DNA of 64,000 bases, from positions 1 to 64,000 of the forward strand of contig JBHHVU010000005.1 in the NCBI GenBank assembly GCA_046754465.1. The letters are read 5' to 3'. The notes under the pieces are model-generated. The model saw only the letters and a list, made by a program, of their open reading frames with translations, was not told the DNA's origin and ran no database searches. A program made the position numbers and the translations under genes. Positions 47,353 to 58,401 of the stretch are shown piece by piece (position 1 is the stretch's first letter; every line of letters starts with the position of its first letter). This DNA is from Nitrospinaceae bacterium (GTDB lineage: Bacteria > Nitrospinota > Nitrospinia > Nitrospinales > VA-1).

Positions 47353-49608
47353 GTGCCGCATCCATCCAAATCCCAAACGGACCCGGAAATCACCCCGGAA
47401 CTGGTCAAACAACACGGCCTGACCGTGAAAGAATACCAGCGCATCATTGACCTTTTGGGCCGTGCTCCGAACCTGACTGAACTGGGCATATTCTCCGTGA
47501 TGTGGAGCGAGCACTGCAGCTACAAAAGTTCACGGCCGCATCTGAAACGGCTTCCCACCGAAGGACCCCGGGTGCTGGAGGGTCCGGGAGAAAACGCGGG
47601 GGTGGTGGACATCGGGGACGGACTGGCCGTGGTGTTCAAAATCGAAAGTCACAACCACCCCTCCTTCATAGAACCCCGCCAGGGAGCCGCCACCGGCGTG
47701 GGGGGCATCATGCGCGACATCTTTACGATGGGAGCGCGCCCGATCGCCCTGTTGGATTCCCTGCGGTTCGGGGACCTGGTAAACCCGCGCACCAGGTATC
47801 TGCTCAACGGCGTGGTGGACGGTATCGCCCAGTACGGAAACTGCACCGGCGTCCCCACCGTAGGGGGGGAGATCTATTTCGACTCCTGTTACAACGGCAA
47901 TATTCTGGTCAACGTGTTTTGTCTCGGATTGGTCAAATCCGGAAAGGTGTTTCGCGCCCAGGCGGGCGGCGTGGACAACGCGGTGATCTACGTTGGGTCC
48001 AAAACCGGACGGGACGGCATCCACGGGGCCAGCCTTCTGGCCTCCGCGGAATTCGACGAGACCTCCGAGGAAAAACGGCCCACGGTACAAGTGGGCGATC
48101 CCTTCACAGAAAAGCTCCTCATCGAAGCCTGCCTGGAATTGATGAAAAAAGACTGGGTGGTCGGCGTCCAGGACATGGGGGCGGCGGGCTTGACCTCCTC
48201 CTCCTTCGAGATGGCGGGCCGGGCAGGGACCGGAATCGAACTCGATCTCTCGAGGATTCCCCTGCGGGAGGAAAATATGTCCCCCTATGAAATCCTCTTG
48301 TCCGAATCCCAGGAACGGATGCTGTTCGTCGTGGAAAAAGGCCATGAAGAAGAGGCGCTGGCTATCTTCAGCAAGTGGGACCTCGACGGCGCGGTGATCG
48401 GCAGGGTATCGGAACAACCCGTGGTGCGCATCCTGAACGAGGGGGAGGAGGTGGTGAACCTTCCCGTCTCGCCGGTGGTGGAGGGCGCTCTCGATCTCAA
48501 ACGCCCCTCGGCCAAACCCGCTTACCTGGGCGAGGTGGACCACCTGGACCTCACACAGCTTCCGGAACCCGGGAGGGGAGAGAAGGTTTTGAAAAAACTG
48601 CTCGCTTCCCCGAACATCGCCAGTAAGGAATGGATTTATCAACAATACGACCACATGGTGCGTCTCAACACGCTGGTTTTGCCGGGATCGGACGCCGCCG
48701 TCATCCGGATCCCCGGCACGCAAAAGGCGGTCGCCCTGTCCGTGGACTGCAACAGCCGTTACTGTTATCTGGATCCCTTCCAGGGCGCCCAGATCGCGGT
48801 GGCCGAATGCGCGCGCAACATCGTTTGTTCCGGGGCCACGGCCATCGGCCTCACCAACTGCCTGAATTTTGGCAACCCGGAAAAACCCGGGATCATGTGG
48901 CAGTTCGAGCAGGCCGCGGCCGGAATCGCCGAAGCCTGCCGGTTTTTCGATATTCCTGTAGTCAGTGGAAACGTCAGTCTCTATAATGAAACTAAAGGAG
49001 AACCGATATTCCCAACTCCTACCGTTGCCGTGGTCGGGCTTCTCGAGGACCTTTCGTTGCATTGCACCCAATGGTTCAAAAATCCCGGAGACCGGATCGG
49101 CCTGCTGGGGTTGACCCTGGAAGAAATCGGGGGAAGCGAGTACCTGAAACTGGAATTCGATCTGTGCCGGGGGAAACCTCCCCTTCTGGATAAAAAAGCG
49201 GAACAACGGGTGCAGGAACTTTGCCGGGAACTGATCCGGAAAGGTAAAATCCGTTCCGCCCACGATTGTTCGGAAGGAGGATTGGGGGTGGCGGCGGCGG
49301 AATCCTGCTTCACGGGACCCGGGGAACCGGTGGGGGCGGTTTTGAACCTGAAATCGACCCTGCGGAAAGATGCCCTTTTGTTTGGGGAATCCCAATCCCG
49401 CATCCTGATCTCCTATTCCGGGGACCAGCGGGAATCCATCGCCGAGGAGGCCCGGATAAAGGGAGTGGAGTTTTGGGAACTCGGGGAAACCGGGGGCAGG
49501 GAGTTCCGGGTCCTTATCAACGGCGAGGAATTCATCCGGGAAGATATCCGGGAATTAAAAACCCTTTGGCAAACCGTTCTGGAGAGTTATGTTCGACAAG
49601 TTTCATGA
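47353..49608 (+). CDS. purL: Phosphoribosylformylglycinamidine synthase subunit PurL
   Basis: [31 protein letters not shown]. Confidence 0.97.
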   Translation: MPHPSKSQTDPEITPELVKQHGLTVKEYQRIIDLLGRAPNLTELGIFSVMWSEHCSYKSSRPHLKRLPTEGPRVLEGPGENAGVVDIGDGLAVVFKIESHNHPSFIEPRQGAATGVGGIMRDIFTMGARPIALLDSLRFGDLVNPRTRYLLNGVVDGIAQYGNCTGVPTVGGEIYFDSCYNGNILVNVFCLGLVKSGKVFRAQAGGVDNAVIYVGSKTGRDGIHGASLLASAEFDETSEEKRPTVQVGDPFTEKLLIEACLELMKKDWVVGVQDMGAAGLTSSSFEMAGRAGTGIELDLSRIPLREENMSPYEILLSESQERMLFVVEKGHEEEALAIFSKWDLDGAVIGRVSEQPVVRILNEGEEVVNLPVSPVVEGALDLKRPSAKPAYLGEVDHLDLTQLPEPGRGEKVLKKLLASPNIASKEWIYQQYDHMVRLNTLVLPGSDAAVIRIPGTQKAVALSVDCNSRYCYLDPFQGAQIAVAECARNIVCSGATAIGLTNCLNFGNPEKPGIMWQFEQAAAGIAEACRFFDIPVVSGNVSLYNETKGEPIFPTPTVAVVGLLEDLSLHCTQWFKNPGDRIGLLGLTLEEIGGSEYLKLEFDLCRGKPPLLDKKAEQRVQELCRELIRKGKIRSAHDCSEGGLGVAAAESCFTGPGEPVGAVLNLKSTLRKDALLFGESQSRILISYSGDQRESIAEEARIKGVEFWELGETGGREFRVLINGEEFIREDIRELKTLWQTVLESYVRQVS

Positions 49609-50995
49609 CGAATGCGGGGTGGTGGGCATTTACGGTCACCCCGAAGCCGCCAACCTGGCCTACCTGGGGCTTTACGCCCTGCAGCACCGGGGACAGGAAA
49701 GCGCGGGAATCGTCTCCAGCCACAAGGGCCGGCTGCAACTGGAAATCGGCATGGGACTGGTGGCGGATATCTTCAACGGAGACCGGCTACAAAAACTTCC
49801 CGGCCATATGGCCATCGGACACAACCGGTATTCCACCACGGGCAAAAGCGAGTTGGCTAACGCCCAACCCTGCCTGATCAACTATTCCGAAGGGGCCATG
49901 GCGTTGGCCCACAACGGCAACCTGGTAAACGCCGAGGCCATCCGGGAAACCCTGGGAGCCGCCGGTTCGATCTTCCAGTCCACCAACGACAGTGAAGTGA
50001 TCGTCCACCTCATGGCCCAGGCAAAAAAGAATCGCCTCATCGACCGCGCCTGCGAAGCCATGGGCCAGGTTCGGGGGGCCTATTCGTTGCTCTTAATGAC
50101 CGAAGACGAACTGATCGCCGCCCGGGACCCCCAGGGCTTCCGTCCCCTGTGTCTGGGACAGCTCGACGGCGCTTACGTGGTGGCGTCGGAATCCTGCGTC
50201 CTCGACCTCATCGAGGGGGAATACATTCGGGAGATCGAACCCGGGGAACTGCTGCTCATCAATGAAAAAGGATTGCAATCCTTTTTCCCCTTTCAGAAAG
50301 CGCCCACCCGGCAATGCGTTTTCGAACACATCTATTTTGCCCGGCCTGATAGCTACCTGTTCGACGAACACGTCTATTCGATCCGGAAAACCATGGGCCG
50401 CGCCTTGGCCCAGGAATCCCCGGCGGACGCCGACCTCGTCGTCCCGGTTCCCGATTCCGGACTGATTTCGGCCATGGGGTTTTGCGAGGAATCGAAAATC
50501 CCCTACGAACTCGGATTGATCCGCAACCACTACGTCGGACGAACCTTCATTGAACCGCAATCGCAAATCCGTCATTTCGGGGTGAAAGTCAAACTGAACG
50601 CGGTGGCAAATGTCTTCCAGGGCCAGCGGGTGGTGATCATCGATGATTCGATCGTGCGGGGCACCACCAGCCGCAAGATCGTTAAAATGGTCCGTGACGC
50701 CGGGGCGACGGAAGTCCATCTTCGCATCAGCGCACCACCCATCCTGTTCTCATGTTTTTATGGGATCGATACCCCCACCAAGAATGAACTGATCGCCTCC
50801 ACTCACTCCCTTGAAGAGACCCGGCAATATCTCCAGGCCGATTCGCTCAAGTATTTGAGCATCGAAAAACTGTTGGAAGTTTTCAAAGAGAAAAAAGACA
50901 ACTATTGCACCGCCTGTTTCGATGGAAAGTACCCCGTCCCCATCGATGATAAAGAGGCGTGGGTGGAACAATTGAGCCTGTTCCCCGCCCAATAG
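49589..50995 (+). CDS. purF: Amidophosphoribosyltransferase
   Basis: ECGVVG propeptide/Cys1, [15 protein letters not shown]. Confidence 0.97.
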   Translation: MFDKFHDECGVVGIYGHPEAANLAYLGLYALQHRGQESAGIVSSHKGRLQLEIGMGLVADIFNGDRLQKLPGHMAIGHNRYSTTGKSELANAQPCLINYSEGAMALAHNGNLVNAEAIRETLGAAGSIFQSTNDSEVIVHLMAQAKKNRLIDRACEAMGQVRGAYSLLLMTEDELIAARDPQGFRPLCLGQLDGAYVVASESCVLDLIEGEYIREIEPGELLLINEKGLQSFFPFQKAPTRQCVFEHIYFARPDSYLFDEHVYSIRKTMGRALAQESPADADLVVPVPDSGLISAMGFCEESKIPYELGLIRNHYVGRTFIEPQSQIRHFGVKVKLNAVANVFQGQRVVIIDDSIVRGTTSRKIVKMVRDAGATEVHLRISAPPILFSCFYGIDTPTKNELIASTHSLEETRQYLQADSLKYLSIEKLLEVFKEKKDNYCTACFDGKYPVPIDDKEAWVEQLSLFPAQ

Positions 50996-51029
50996 GATTT
51001 CCCGCGTTTCGCGTAGGCGGGAGGAGAGA

Positions 51030-53792
51030 TCACTTGGGGGGAGCCGGTTTCCGAGGAGCCTCCCGCACCACCGCCGATTCCAGCACCTTTCCCAGGGCGT
51101 CGAGATCCTCTTTATAATCCCCCAGCGACCGGTCTAGGTCTCGCTGCGATTCCATGACACGGTCGAAATATTTTTTGATCCTCAAAAACTCCGACTCGCT
51201 GAGGGTAATCCTGTCCTGGCCCGTCAAGGCCGCATTTTGGGCGAGAGCGGGCCTCTCCGCCACCTTTTCACCACCGGCGGCGGGTTGAGAGGGCGCCATC
51301 AACCCCCCGAATATCTTCTGCAGCGACTGGGTCAATGTGGGTTCCATGGCGATGGTGTCCTCGTACCCAACGATCACCCGTTTCAGTTCGGGGATCTTGC
51401 CGGCATCGGCTTTCAAGTACAAGGGCCGGACGTAAATGAGCGATTCCTCGATGGGGATCACCAAAAGCGTTCCCTGGATCACCCGGGACCCGCGCTGGTC
51501 CCACAGGGAAATTTGCCGCGATATTTCCGCTTCCTGGTTGATGCGGGCGACGATCTGGCTCGGTCCATAAATCAACTTCTGTTTCGGGAAGGTATAAACC
51601 ACCAGTTTCCCATAATGCTCCCCATCGCTGCGCGCCACCATCCAGGCGGAAAGATTGCTCTTGCCGCGCGGGGTGAAGGGAAGCATGAGAATATATTCCT
51701 CCCGCTCCTTGGACGGCAGTTTCATGATCGTGTAATAGGGCCGCATGATCTGCCCGTCGATCTCGGGAATCTCCCACTGGTCTTCCTTGTTATAGAAAAC
51801 CTGGGGCGTCTTCATGTGATAGGTCGCGTAAATGAACGTCTGGATGGCGAACAGATCCGACGGAAACCGGATATGCTTTTTCAGATCCCCGGGCATTTCA
51901 CTAAGATCCTTGAAAAGCAGGGGAAAGATGCTTCGGTAGGTCAGGATAATGGGATCGTTGGGATCGGCAATATAGAAATCCATGGATCCCTCGTAGGCGT
52001 CGATCACGATCTTGACCGAATTCCTGACGTAATTTCCGAACCGGGGGATCATTTGGGAATAGGGAAATTTATCGCTCACGGTGTAGGCGTCGTAAATCCA
52101 AAACAGACGGCCCTCGGAAATCACCAGGTAGGGGTCGTTATCCAGTCTCAGGAAAGGGGCGACATTTTGCACCCGTTCGGTGATGTTGCGGTACATCAGG
52201 ACCCGGCTGTCACTATTAATATCCTGGGAAAAGAGGATCTTCAGGGTTTTTAACCGCGCGGTTAAAATGGCCTTGCGGATGAACGACCCTACCTCAAACC
52301 CGCCATGGCCCTGGTAAGCCTTGTATACATTCTTTTCCCCCTGGGGATAATCGAATTCCTGGGTGCCCGTATTGACGAACACATGATCGTTGGAGAGTTC
52401 GCCGAAATATATTTCCGCGCGCTCCACTTTCAAGTCGACGCTGGACCGAGGGGGGATGTCCTTGATGAACAATACGGGCAGCCCTTCCGGCGTCACCTGG
52501 TTCACCGGACTCAAGGAGACGCCATACCCGTGCGTGAAGGTGAGGTGTTCGTTGATCCACGTCCGGTTGGGAAGATTGCTGGAAAGCAGTTCCCGGGGAG
52601 AAAGCAGGGTCTGCCGGTATTTTCCGTTGATGGTATACCGGTCATTGTCCACGGAATTGAACTGGTAATAAGTCCGGATCTCCTGGATCTGGCCCAGGGT
52701 ATCGAGAAGGGGTTCCTGATCCCAGAGACGGATGTTTTCGATGGTCGCTTCATTATCACGGATGTTTTTCGCGGTCAGGGAATCCGACCCCGTAAGGACC
52801 TGGGTCTCCATGCCGGACAACCCGTAACCCATCAGCGAACCGGCGATGGTGTTCTCGATATACGGCGCTTCCTTGATCAGTTCGTTGGGAGTAACAACGA
52901 GCTTTTGCAGGATCTTGGGATAAACGTTTCCGCCCGCATAAACAATCGCCAGGCCCACTCCCGCCAGCAGCACTTTCTTCAGTCCCTGTTCAAAAACCCC
53001 GAGAAATCCTACCACCGCCGCGGCAAGAGACAAAAAGATGAGAAGGGCGAGAACGGGCAATTGGCCATGATCGTCGGCATAGTTGACGCCGGTCACCACG
53101 CCGCTTTCCTCGGTCAACAGGGCGTAACGATCCAGATAAAATTCGCTGGCCAGCAAAAGAAAGAAAAACCCGGTCAACAGGGATAAAGTCCGCCGGGCTT
53201 CGGGAAGAATCACGAACCCTGTGGGACTCAGGTACATGAACCGCTTGAAAAAATAAATCAGGCCCACCCCGATGGTAACCACCACGAAGATTTCCCAAAG
53301 AAGCGATTTTGCCAAAATCCACAAGGGCAGGCTGAAAAGATAAAAAGAATGATCCAGGCCAAAAATGGGATCGGCGCTTCCAAAGGGCACCGCATGGAAA
53401 AACTTGAGCAGCACATCCCATTTCTGGGACATCACCAGGCCGGTCATGATCGCAAGAAGCAAGGGACCGAACAATACCAGCGGTTTCAGGTTGGACGCCA
53501 ACAGTTCCAGAAAAGGGATCTCCCTGCGAACCTGGTCCGATAACAGGATGGGCAGGTGGGAGGTTTTGTTGAAGGTGTAGCGCAAAGCCCCATAAGTGAG
53601 GAGGAAAAACAACGCCCCCACCAGCAGGCCCAGGCCGAACTGTGCGCCGATGGTGGTCCATAACACCGATTCGAATCCGAGATGCTTGAACCAGAGCCAA
53701 TCGACGTAAAAGAATATGATTTTGTCGGCGAACATCACGCCGATGATGAGAATTCCTCCAAGGAGGACCAGCCATCTTTTACTTGGATTCAT
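51030..53792 (-). CDS. UPF0182 family membrane protein
   Basis: DWLWF, DPIFG.D, NIRLWD, THGYG, NYVRNSVK. Confidence 0.9.
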   Translation of the reverse strand: MNPSKRWLVLLGGILIIGVMFADKIIFFYVDWLWFKHLGFESVLWTTIGAQFGLGLLVGALFFLLTYGALRYTFNKTSHLPILLSDQVRREIPFLELLASNLKPLVLFGPLLLAIMTGLVMSQKWDVLLKFFHAVPFGSADPIFGLDHSFYLFSLPLWILAKSLLWEIFVVVTIGVGLIYFFKRFMYLSPTGFVILPEARRTLSLLTGFFFLLLASEFYLDRYALLTEESGVVTGVNYADDHGQLPVLALLIFLSLAAAVVGFLGVFEQGLKKVLLAGVGLAIVYAGGNVYPKILQKLVVTPNELIKEAPYIENTIAGSLMGYGLSGMETQVLTGSDSLTAKNIRDNEATIENIRLWDQEPLLDTLGQIQEIRTYYQFNSVDNDRYTINGKYRQTLLSPRELLSSNLPNRTWINEHLTFTHGYGVSLSPVNQVTPEGLPVLFIKDIPPRSSVDLKVERAEIYFGELSNDHVFVNTGTQEFDYPQGEKNVYKAYQGHGGFEVGSFIRKAILTARLKTLKILFSQDINSDSRVLMYRNITERVQNVAPFLRLDNDPYLVISEGRLFWIYDAYTVSDKFPYSQMIPRFGNYVRNSVKIVIDAYEGSMDFYIADPNDPIILTYRSIFPLLFKDLSEMPGDLKKHIRFPSDLFAIQTFIYATYHMKTPQVFYNKEDQWEIPEIDGQIMRPYYTIMKLPSKEREEYILMLPFTPRGKSNLSAWMVARSDGEHYGKLVVYTFPKQKLIYGPSQIVARINQEAEISRQISLWDQRGSRVIQGTLLVIPIEESLIYVRPLYLKADAGKIPELKRVIVGYEDTIAMEPTLTQSLQKIFGGLMAPSQPAAGGEKVAERPALAQNAALTGQDRITLSESEFLRIKKYFDRVMESQRDLDRSLGDYKEDLDALGKVLESAVVREAPRKPAPPK

Positions 53793-54357
53793 GGGGTGGG
53801 TTCCTTTCCGGTTTCCACTTGATGGAACATCCCATCGACGATACCTGTTCCGCCGCGACGGCTCGGCCCTCGAGGATGGCGTCGATGGCCTCCCGCAGAT
53901 CCCGCCGGGTCACCTTTTCCGGATGCTGCCAGTCGTCGTCGATCCTCCCGCGATACAACAAAGTCCGTTCCGCACCGTACACAAAAATATCCGGCGTGCA
54001 AACGGCGCCGTAGGCCCTGGCGGTTTCCTGGGTCTCGTCAAACAGGTAGGGGAAGGGGATGGACTTTTCCCGGGCGATTTTTCTCATGTTTTCCATGGAG
54101 TCCTCGGGGTAACGGGAGGCATCGTTAGCATTGATCCCCACGAGCTGCACCCCAAGGTCCCGCGTTTCGTTTTGCAGTTGGATTAACCCCCCAAGAACGG
54201 CTTTTACATAAGGACAATGGTTGCACATGAAAATAACCACCAGCACTTTTTTGTCCTTGAAATCCGCAAGGGAATATTCCCTGCCGTCCGTCCCCGGCAG
54301 GTTGAAACCAGGCGCCCGGGTTCCCAGGGGCACCATGGTGGAATGTGTCAATGCCAT
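53779..54357 (-). CDS. Thioredoxin-like (AhpC/TSA) family protein
   Basis: CNHCPYV, AVCTPD, GCSIKWK. Confidence 0.9.
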   Translation of the reverse strand: MALTHSTMVPLGTRAPGFNLPGTDGREYSLADFKDKKVLVVIFMCNHCPYVKAVLGGLIQLQNETRDLGVQLVGINANDASRYPEDSMENMRKIAREKSIPFPYLFDETQETARAYGAVCTPDIFVYGAERTLLYRGRIDDDWQHPEKVTRRDLREAIDAILEGRAVAAEQVSSMGCSIKWKPERNPPHESK

Positions 54358-54557
54358 GTGGATTGCTCTTGGAGGTTCGTATGAATGTTTACGGCGCCCG
54401 GCCCCGAATTCGGAAAAAGGCGGGAGGGCATTCAATGCGGCTTTTGGCTTTTCCTTTAACTTGGCTCATGCAATATTCGGGCTAGGCAATGCTATCATGC
54501 TTTTTACGCGCGGCTCAACAGAAAAGCGGAAACTCCCGGCGGGCTCGGGAGGGCGAA

Positions 54558-55463
54558 TTAGGATTTGCAGGTCATTCCAGTGACGCGGCAGGTATAGCAG
54601 GCGGAGTGGACCAGGGGAAAAGGACGGAGTGTGTCTTTCAAGGAATCACCCATACGGGCTTCTTCGTGATCCACCAGGATGGGGCAGACATAGACACCCT
54701 TCCCGGTGGCCATTCTGGAAGAGGAACATTGCAGGTGGGTGATATCGTACGATTCGAAACATTTCTCGGTAACGTGTTCGTCCTCGCCGTAGCAGCGAAG
54801 GTTCTCGGCCAGCCGCCCGAGCAGGAATCCCGGCAAAAATTTGATCCGTGGCAGGAGCACTCCGTGGCGTCGTAAAAATTCCAGGAAACGGGATTCCATG
54901 TCAGCGTCTTTTTCCTCATCCCAATTCCGGGTAATGGTCAATATCGGCGAAAACCCCAATTCCGACAGATGCCGGATGCCCTCCACCGCGCGGCGGTAGG
55001 CGCCCTGCCCCCGAATCTTGTCGTTGACCTCCTCTTCAAAACTTTCCATGCTGACGCGAAACCGCAGGGGATGCGGCGAGCGATCCTGGATATCCCGCAG
55101 CCGGGCCGCTTTTTCCCGATCGATCAAGGTGCCGTTGGTCAAAACATCCAGCGGCCCCTGCTGGAGGATGGCCTCGAGAATTTCAAAAATTTCCGGATTG
55201 ATGAACACCTCCCCGCCGGTGATGTAGTAATCCTTCACCCCCAGGTCCCGGGCGTCCACGAGGTGTTTTCGCACCTGTCCGAGAGTCATCATTTCGTGAT
55301 TGTGGTTTTGCGGACCGCAACTGATGAAACAATGTGAGCATTGCAGATTGCACAGGGTGCCCCCGACCTGCATCCATAAGGTATCCAGCCGGGTCAAGGG
55401 AACCTCTGGAACCTTTGCGGCGCTTTTCTTGACGGATATCATTTCTTCATTAAGAGCATCCAT
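54558..55463 (-). CDS. Radical SAM protein with Cys-rich C-terminal region
   Basis: CNLQCSHC, TGGE, LTNG; C-terminal C..CPIL..CYTC..C. Confidence 0.9.
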   Translation of the reverse strand: MDALNEEMISVKKSAAKVPEVPLTRLDTLWMQVGGTLCNLQCSHCFISCGPQNHNHEMMTLGQVRKHLVDARDLGVKDYYITGGEVFINPEIFEILEAILQQGPLDVLTNGTLIDREKAARLRDIQDRSPHPLRFRVSMESFEEEVNDKIRGQGAYRRAVEGIRHLSELGFSPILTITRNWDEEKDADMESRFLEFLRRHGVLLPRIKFLPGFLLGRLAENLRCYGEDEHVTEKCFESYDITHLQCSSSRMATGKGVYVCPILVDHEEARMGDSLKDTLRPFPLVHSACYTCRVTGMTCKS

Positions 55464-55701
55464 GACAAAAGCCTATCAGAGGGGGTTCTCTATTTCAACC
55501 TGTTGCCGGCCCAGGTCCAATCATTATCTCCCAAAGTCGGGGCCGGGAGGTAAAAATTACACGGGGAAGGGATAAAAGACAGTTTTTCCGGAACAATGCG
55601 GGTCCCCCCGGCAGGGTGGGGGCAACAAACTTGACACGGGGAATGACGCCCGGCCGGCAATCCAACTTTTGTTCCCCGCGGGGCTCCGTGCGGGGCATCC
55701 T

Positions 55702-56868
55702 TTACAATCCAGCCGATTCGTAGGAGTCGCTCACGTTTTTGATCCGCAACTTTCTTCGCAGGGCGGCGAACCCTTCGGAGGCTTTTTTGCCCAGCCGGGA
55801 CCGGTAAACGGGTTTGACCGCCAACCGGGCTTGTTTGGGATCGTGAGTGTAGAACCGGGTATCCAGGGGACTCACGCACCGGCAATGCGGGTACAGCCAT
55901 TTCAGGGGCAATTTATCTCTTTGCGCCGCCTTTTCAAGATGCCGCACCACCTCCCTCACCCGCCAGTAATCCTTTCCGGTATGGATACTGGAGGGAACCA
56001 GCTTCAACAGGGGAATGATTCCCCGGCCGGTCAAAAGATCCAGTTTTTTCTTCACGAGGTCGATGGGTTCCGATGCCAGAACCAGTTCCGACCAGACCGT
56101 TCCCGGGGGAAAAATTCCAATGGCGTATTCCAATGCGTCATGGACCTGATGGGGCGGGGCCATCTCACCGGAAGGATCGGAACCGGCGAATCCTCCCAAG
56201 GGAAAATCCAAAAGGTCGAACCCGGCGGCGTACATCAAGTCCACCGTCCGTCTCTCCTGCGGGGGAAACCCTTTCAGCGCCACGAAGGTTTTGAATTTCT
56301 TTTTGATCGCTTCGACCACAGGGGCCAGCAGTTGAAATCCGCGGTCCTCGTCATCGCAATAATCCATGTTGAGCTGCACGAGGTCTGCCGCCCCCTCCTC
56401 AAACGCCGACTGGACCACCAAAAGGATCTGGTCCTTGGAGATACTCAGCCGCCGGCCCTTGTGGATCGCCCGGAGAAAAATGTTCAGGCAGAACCCATCC
56501 AGGCAAACGTTTTCCGCCACAGGGGTCCGTTCCTTCAACTGGTTTTTCAGGAATAAAGGAAGGGGGATAACGCCCACCCCCTCTTCCCCGCTACCCGTGT
56601 CCAACAACACGTTGCCCTGATGAACCTTCAGCCGCATACGGCCCCGCCCATCGGATTTCAGAAGCACCTTGACGATGAAATTTTCCGCCAGCGTCAGGGC
56701 CACTTCCTCACCCGGACTGCCGGGGCATACTCCGCGTGCCACTTCCGGCACCTCAAGCACCGCCTTGGGAATGAATAAACCGCCCTGGATCAGTTCCAGT
56801 TTCAATTGGCCGTAAGTCTTGACCGTCCGGTCCGCTTTCAGGCTCTGTGAGGGATTAAGGCTGTTCAC
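55702..56868 (-). CDS. Radical SAM-like protein lacking the CxxxCxxC motif
   Basis: Barrel-like segments (EDRGF, LMYAAGFD, ALEYAIGIFPPGTVWSELVL, GIIPLL) resemble a radical SAM family, but no cluster motif is present. Confidence 0.55.
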   Translation of the reverse strand: MNSLNPSQSLKADRTVKTYGQLKLELIQGGLFIPKAVLEVPEVARGVCPGSPGEEVALTLAENFIVKVLLKSDGRGRMRLKVHQGNVLLDTGSGEEGVGVIPLPLFLKNQLKERTPVAENVCLDGFCLNIFLRAIHKGRRLSISKDQILLVVQSAFEEGAADLVQLNMDYCDDEDRGFQLLAPVVEAIKKKFKTFVALKGFPPQERRTVDLMYAAGFDLLDFPLGGFAGSDPSGEMAPPHQVHDALEYAIGIFPPGTVWSELVLASEPIDLVKKKLDLLTGRGIIPLLKLVPSSIHTGKDYWRVREVVRHLEKAAQRDKLPLKWLYPHCRCVSPLDTRFYTHDPKQARLAVKPVYRSRLGKKASEGFAALRRKLRIKNVSDSYESAGL

Positions 56869-56874
56869 GGGAAC

Positions 56875-58284
56875 TCACTTTTTCAAACGATCCAGCAGTT
56901 TTTGATGGATTCCGGAAAATCCGCCCGACGACATCACGAGGACCACGTCGCCGCGCCGGTGGTTTCCGGCAATCCATTCGACGATATCTTCCACGTGCGG
57001 GATGAAACGGGCCTTGCCACCCCGCCGCCGGATGTCCCCGACGACCCGTTCCGGGTCCAACCGGTCCTCGGCCGGAATCTTGTCCGGAGCATACAGTCCG
57101 GCGATGATCACTTCATCGGCGCGGAGGAAGCTGGCCGGGAACTTCTCCTGAAACACCTTCCGGCGCGACGTCGCCGACCGGGGTTCGAACACCGCCCACA
57201 CCCGGCTTTCCGGCCAGGCTTCCTTCACCGCGTCGAGGGTCAAGGCGATCGCCGTGGGATGGTGAGCGAAATCATCGATCACGGTGACGCCGTTTTGTTG
57301 CCCGGCCACCTCCTGCCGGCGGCGGATTCCCTGGAACGCCGCGAACGCCCCGCACACGGCATCCGCCGAAAGACCCAGCCGAATCGCCATCGCCGCCACC
57401 GCCACGGCGTTTTCCGCGTTGTGCCGGCCCATCATCGCCAGACGCACTTTTCCGATTTCACGTCCCCGGTGCAAGAGATCGAAACACCCCATCCCTCCCT
57501 CGCGCCGGTACGATTCCATGCCCCAGTCCGCCTCCCGGGAAACTCCATACGTCTCCACCGCGCAGGCGGCGCGGCTCAGAACCTCTTTTGCGGCTTGATC
57601 CTCAAATCTTACCAGCAAAAACCCCTCCGGGTCGATAAGTTCCACGAACTTTCTGAAAGAAGACTGGATGTGGTCCAGGTCCCTGAAGATATCCGCGTGA
57701 TCGAACTCGATGCCGGTCAAAATCGCCGCGAACGGACGGTAATGGAGAAACTTGGCCTCCTTGTCGAAAAACGCCGTGTCATATTCGTCCCCCTCGGTCA
57801 CGAAAATATCTCCCCGGGGAACCCGGTAGTTGAGGTCAAAGTTTTTCATCCAGCCCCCGACCATGAATCCCGGATTCTGGCCGCAGGCGTGGAGCACCCA
57901 GCTCAAAAGCGAAGTGGTGGTCGTTTTCCCATGCGTGCCCGTGACGACCAGCGATTTCCGCCCTTCCAGGAAAAAGCGGGCCAGCGCGTCGGGGAACGAC
58001 GTATACGGAATCCCAAGTTCCTGAACCGCCCGCACCTCCTCGTTCGTTTTTGAGACCGCGTTGCCGACGATGACGAGGTCGATATCCGGGGTGATATTTT
58101 CGCGCCGGTAGCCGGGCTTCACAGCAATGCCCGCCTCCGCGAGAAGCGTGCTCATGGGGGGGTAGACATGGTTGTCCGATCCCGCCACCCGGTATCCGGA
58201 TTCCTTCAATAGTCCCGCGAGCGAGGCCATCCCGGTCCCGCAAATCGCGATAAGGTAAATCGATTTAGTATCTTGTGGAATCAT
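56875..58284 (-). CDS. mpl: UDP-N-acetylmuramate:L-alanyl-gamma-D-glutamyl-meso-DAP ligase
   Basis: ICGTGM, VYPPMS, GTHGKTTT, EGDEYDTAFFDK, DDFAHHPTA, EPRS. Confidence 0.93.
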   Translation of the reverse strand: MIPQDTKSIYLIAICGTGMASLAGLLKESGYRVAGSDNHVYPPMSTLLAEAGIAVKPGYRRENITPDIDLVIVGNAVSKTNEEVRAVQELGIPYTSFPDALARFFLEGRKSLVVTGTHGKTTTTSLLSWVLHACGQNPGFMVGGWMKNFDLNYRVPRGDIFVTEGDEYDTAFFDKEAKFLHYRPFAAILTGIEFDHADIFRDLDHIQSSFRKFVELIDPEGFLLVRFEDQAAKEVLSRAACAVETYGVSREADWGMESYRREGGMGCFDLLHRGREIGKVRLAMMGRHNAENAVAVAAMAIRLGLSADAVCGAFAAFQGIRRRQEVAGQQNGVTVIDDFAHHPTAIALTLDAVKEAWPESRVWAVFEPRSATSRRKVFQEKFPASFLRADEVIIAGLYAPDKIPAEDRLDPERVVGDIRRRGGKARFIPHVEDIVEWIAGNHRRGDVVLVMSSGGFSGIHQKLLDRLKK

Positions 58285-58294
58285 TCGAGAATGG

Positions 58295-58323
58295 ATTGTA
58301 GAAGGCCCAAGCGGACTTGTCAA
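58295..58323 (-). promoter_or_regulatory. Near-consensus sigma70 promoter of mpl
   Basis: Minus strand TTGACA-N17-TACAAT, ending 10 nt before ATG 58284. Confidence 0.7.
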
Positions 58324-58401
58324 CCCAGGCGGAGTGCCTCCGCCGGCAATTTGACATGCGTTATATGCTCATAAACAATTAGAAGCCAATGGGGCCGCGG
58401 C

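Noticed and set aside
47530..49395. Long antisense ORFs (621 aa opposite purL; also 5083..6669, 9770..11149, 20677..21936, 56902..58053 and others)
   Set aside because: Shadow ORFs expected from GC-rich codon bias opposite well-supported genes; no recognisable motifs.
54465..54490. Possible sigma54 promoter on the minus strand (TAGCCCG-N4-TTGCA)
   Set aside because: The invariant GG at -24 is missing.
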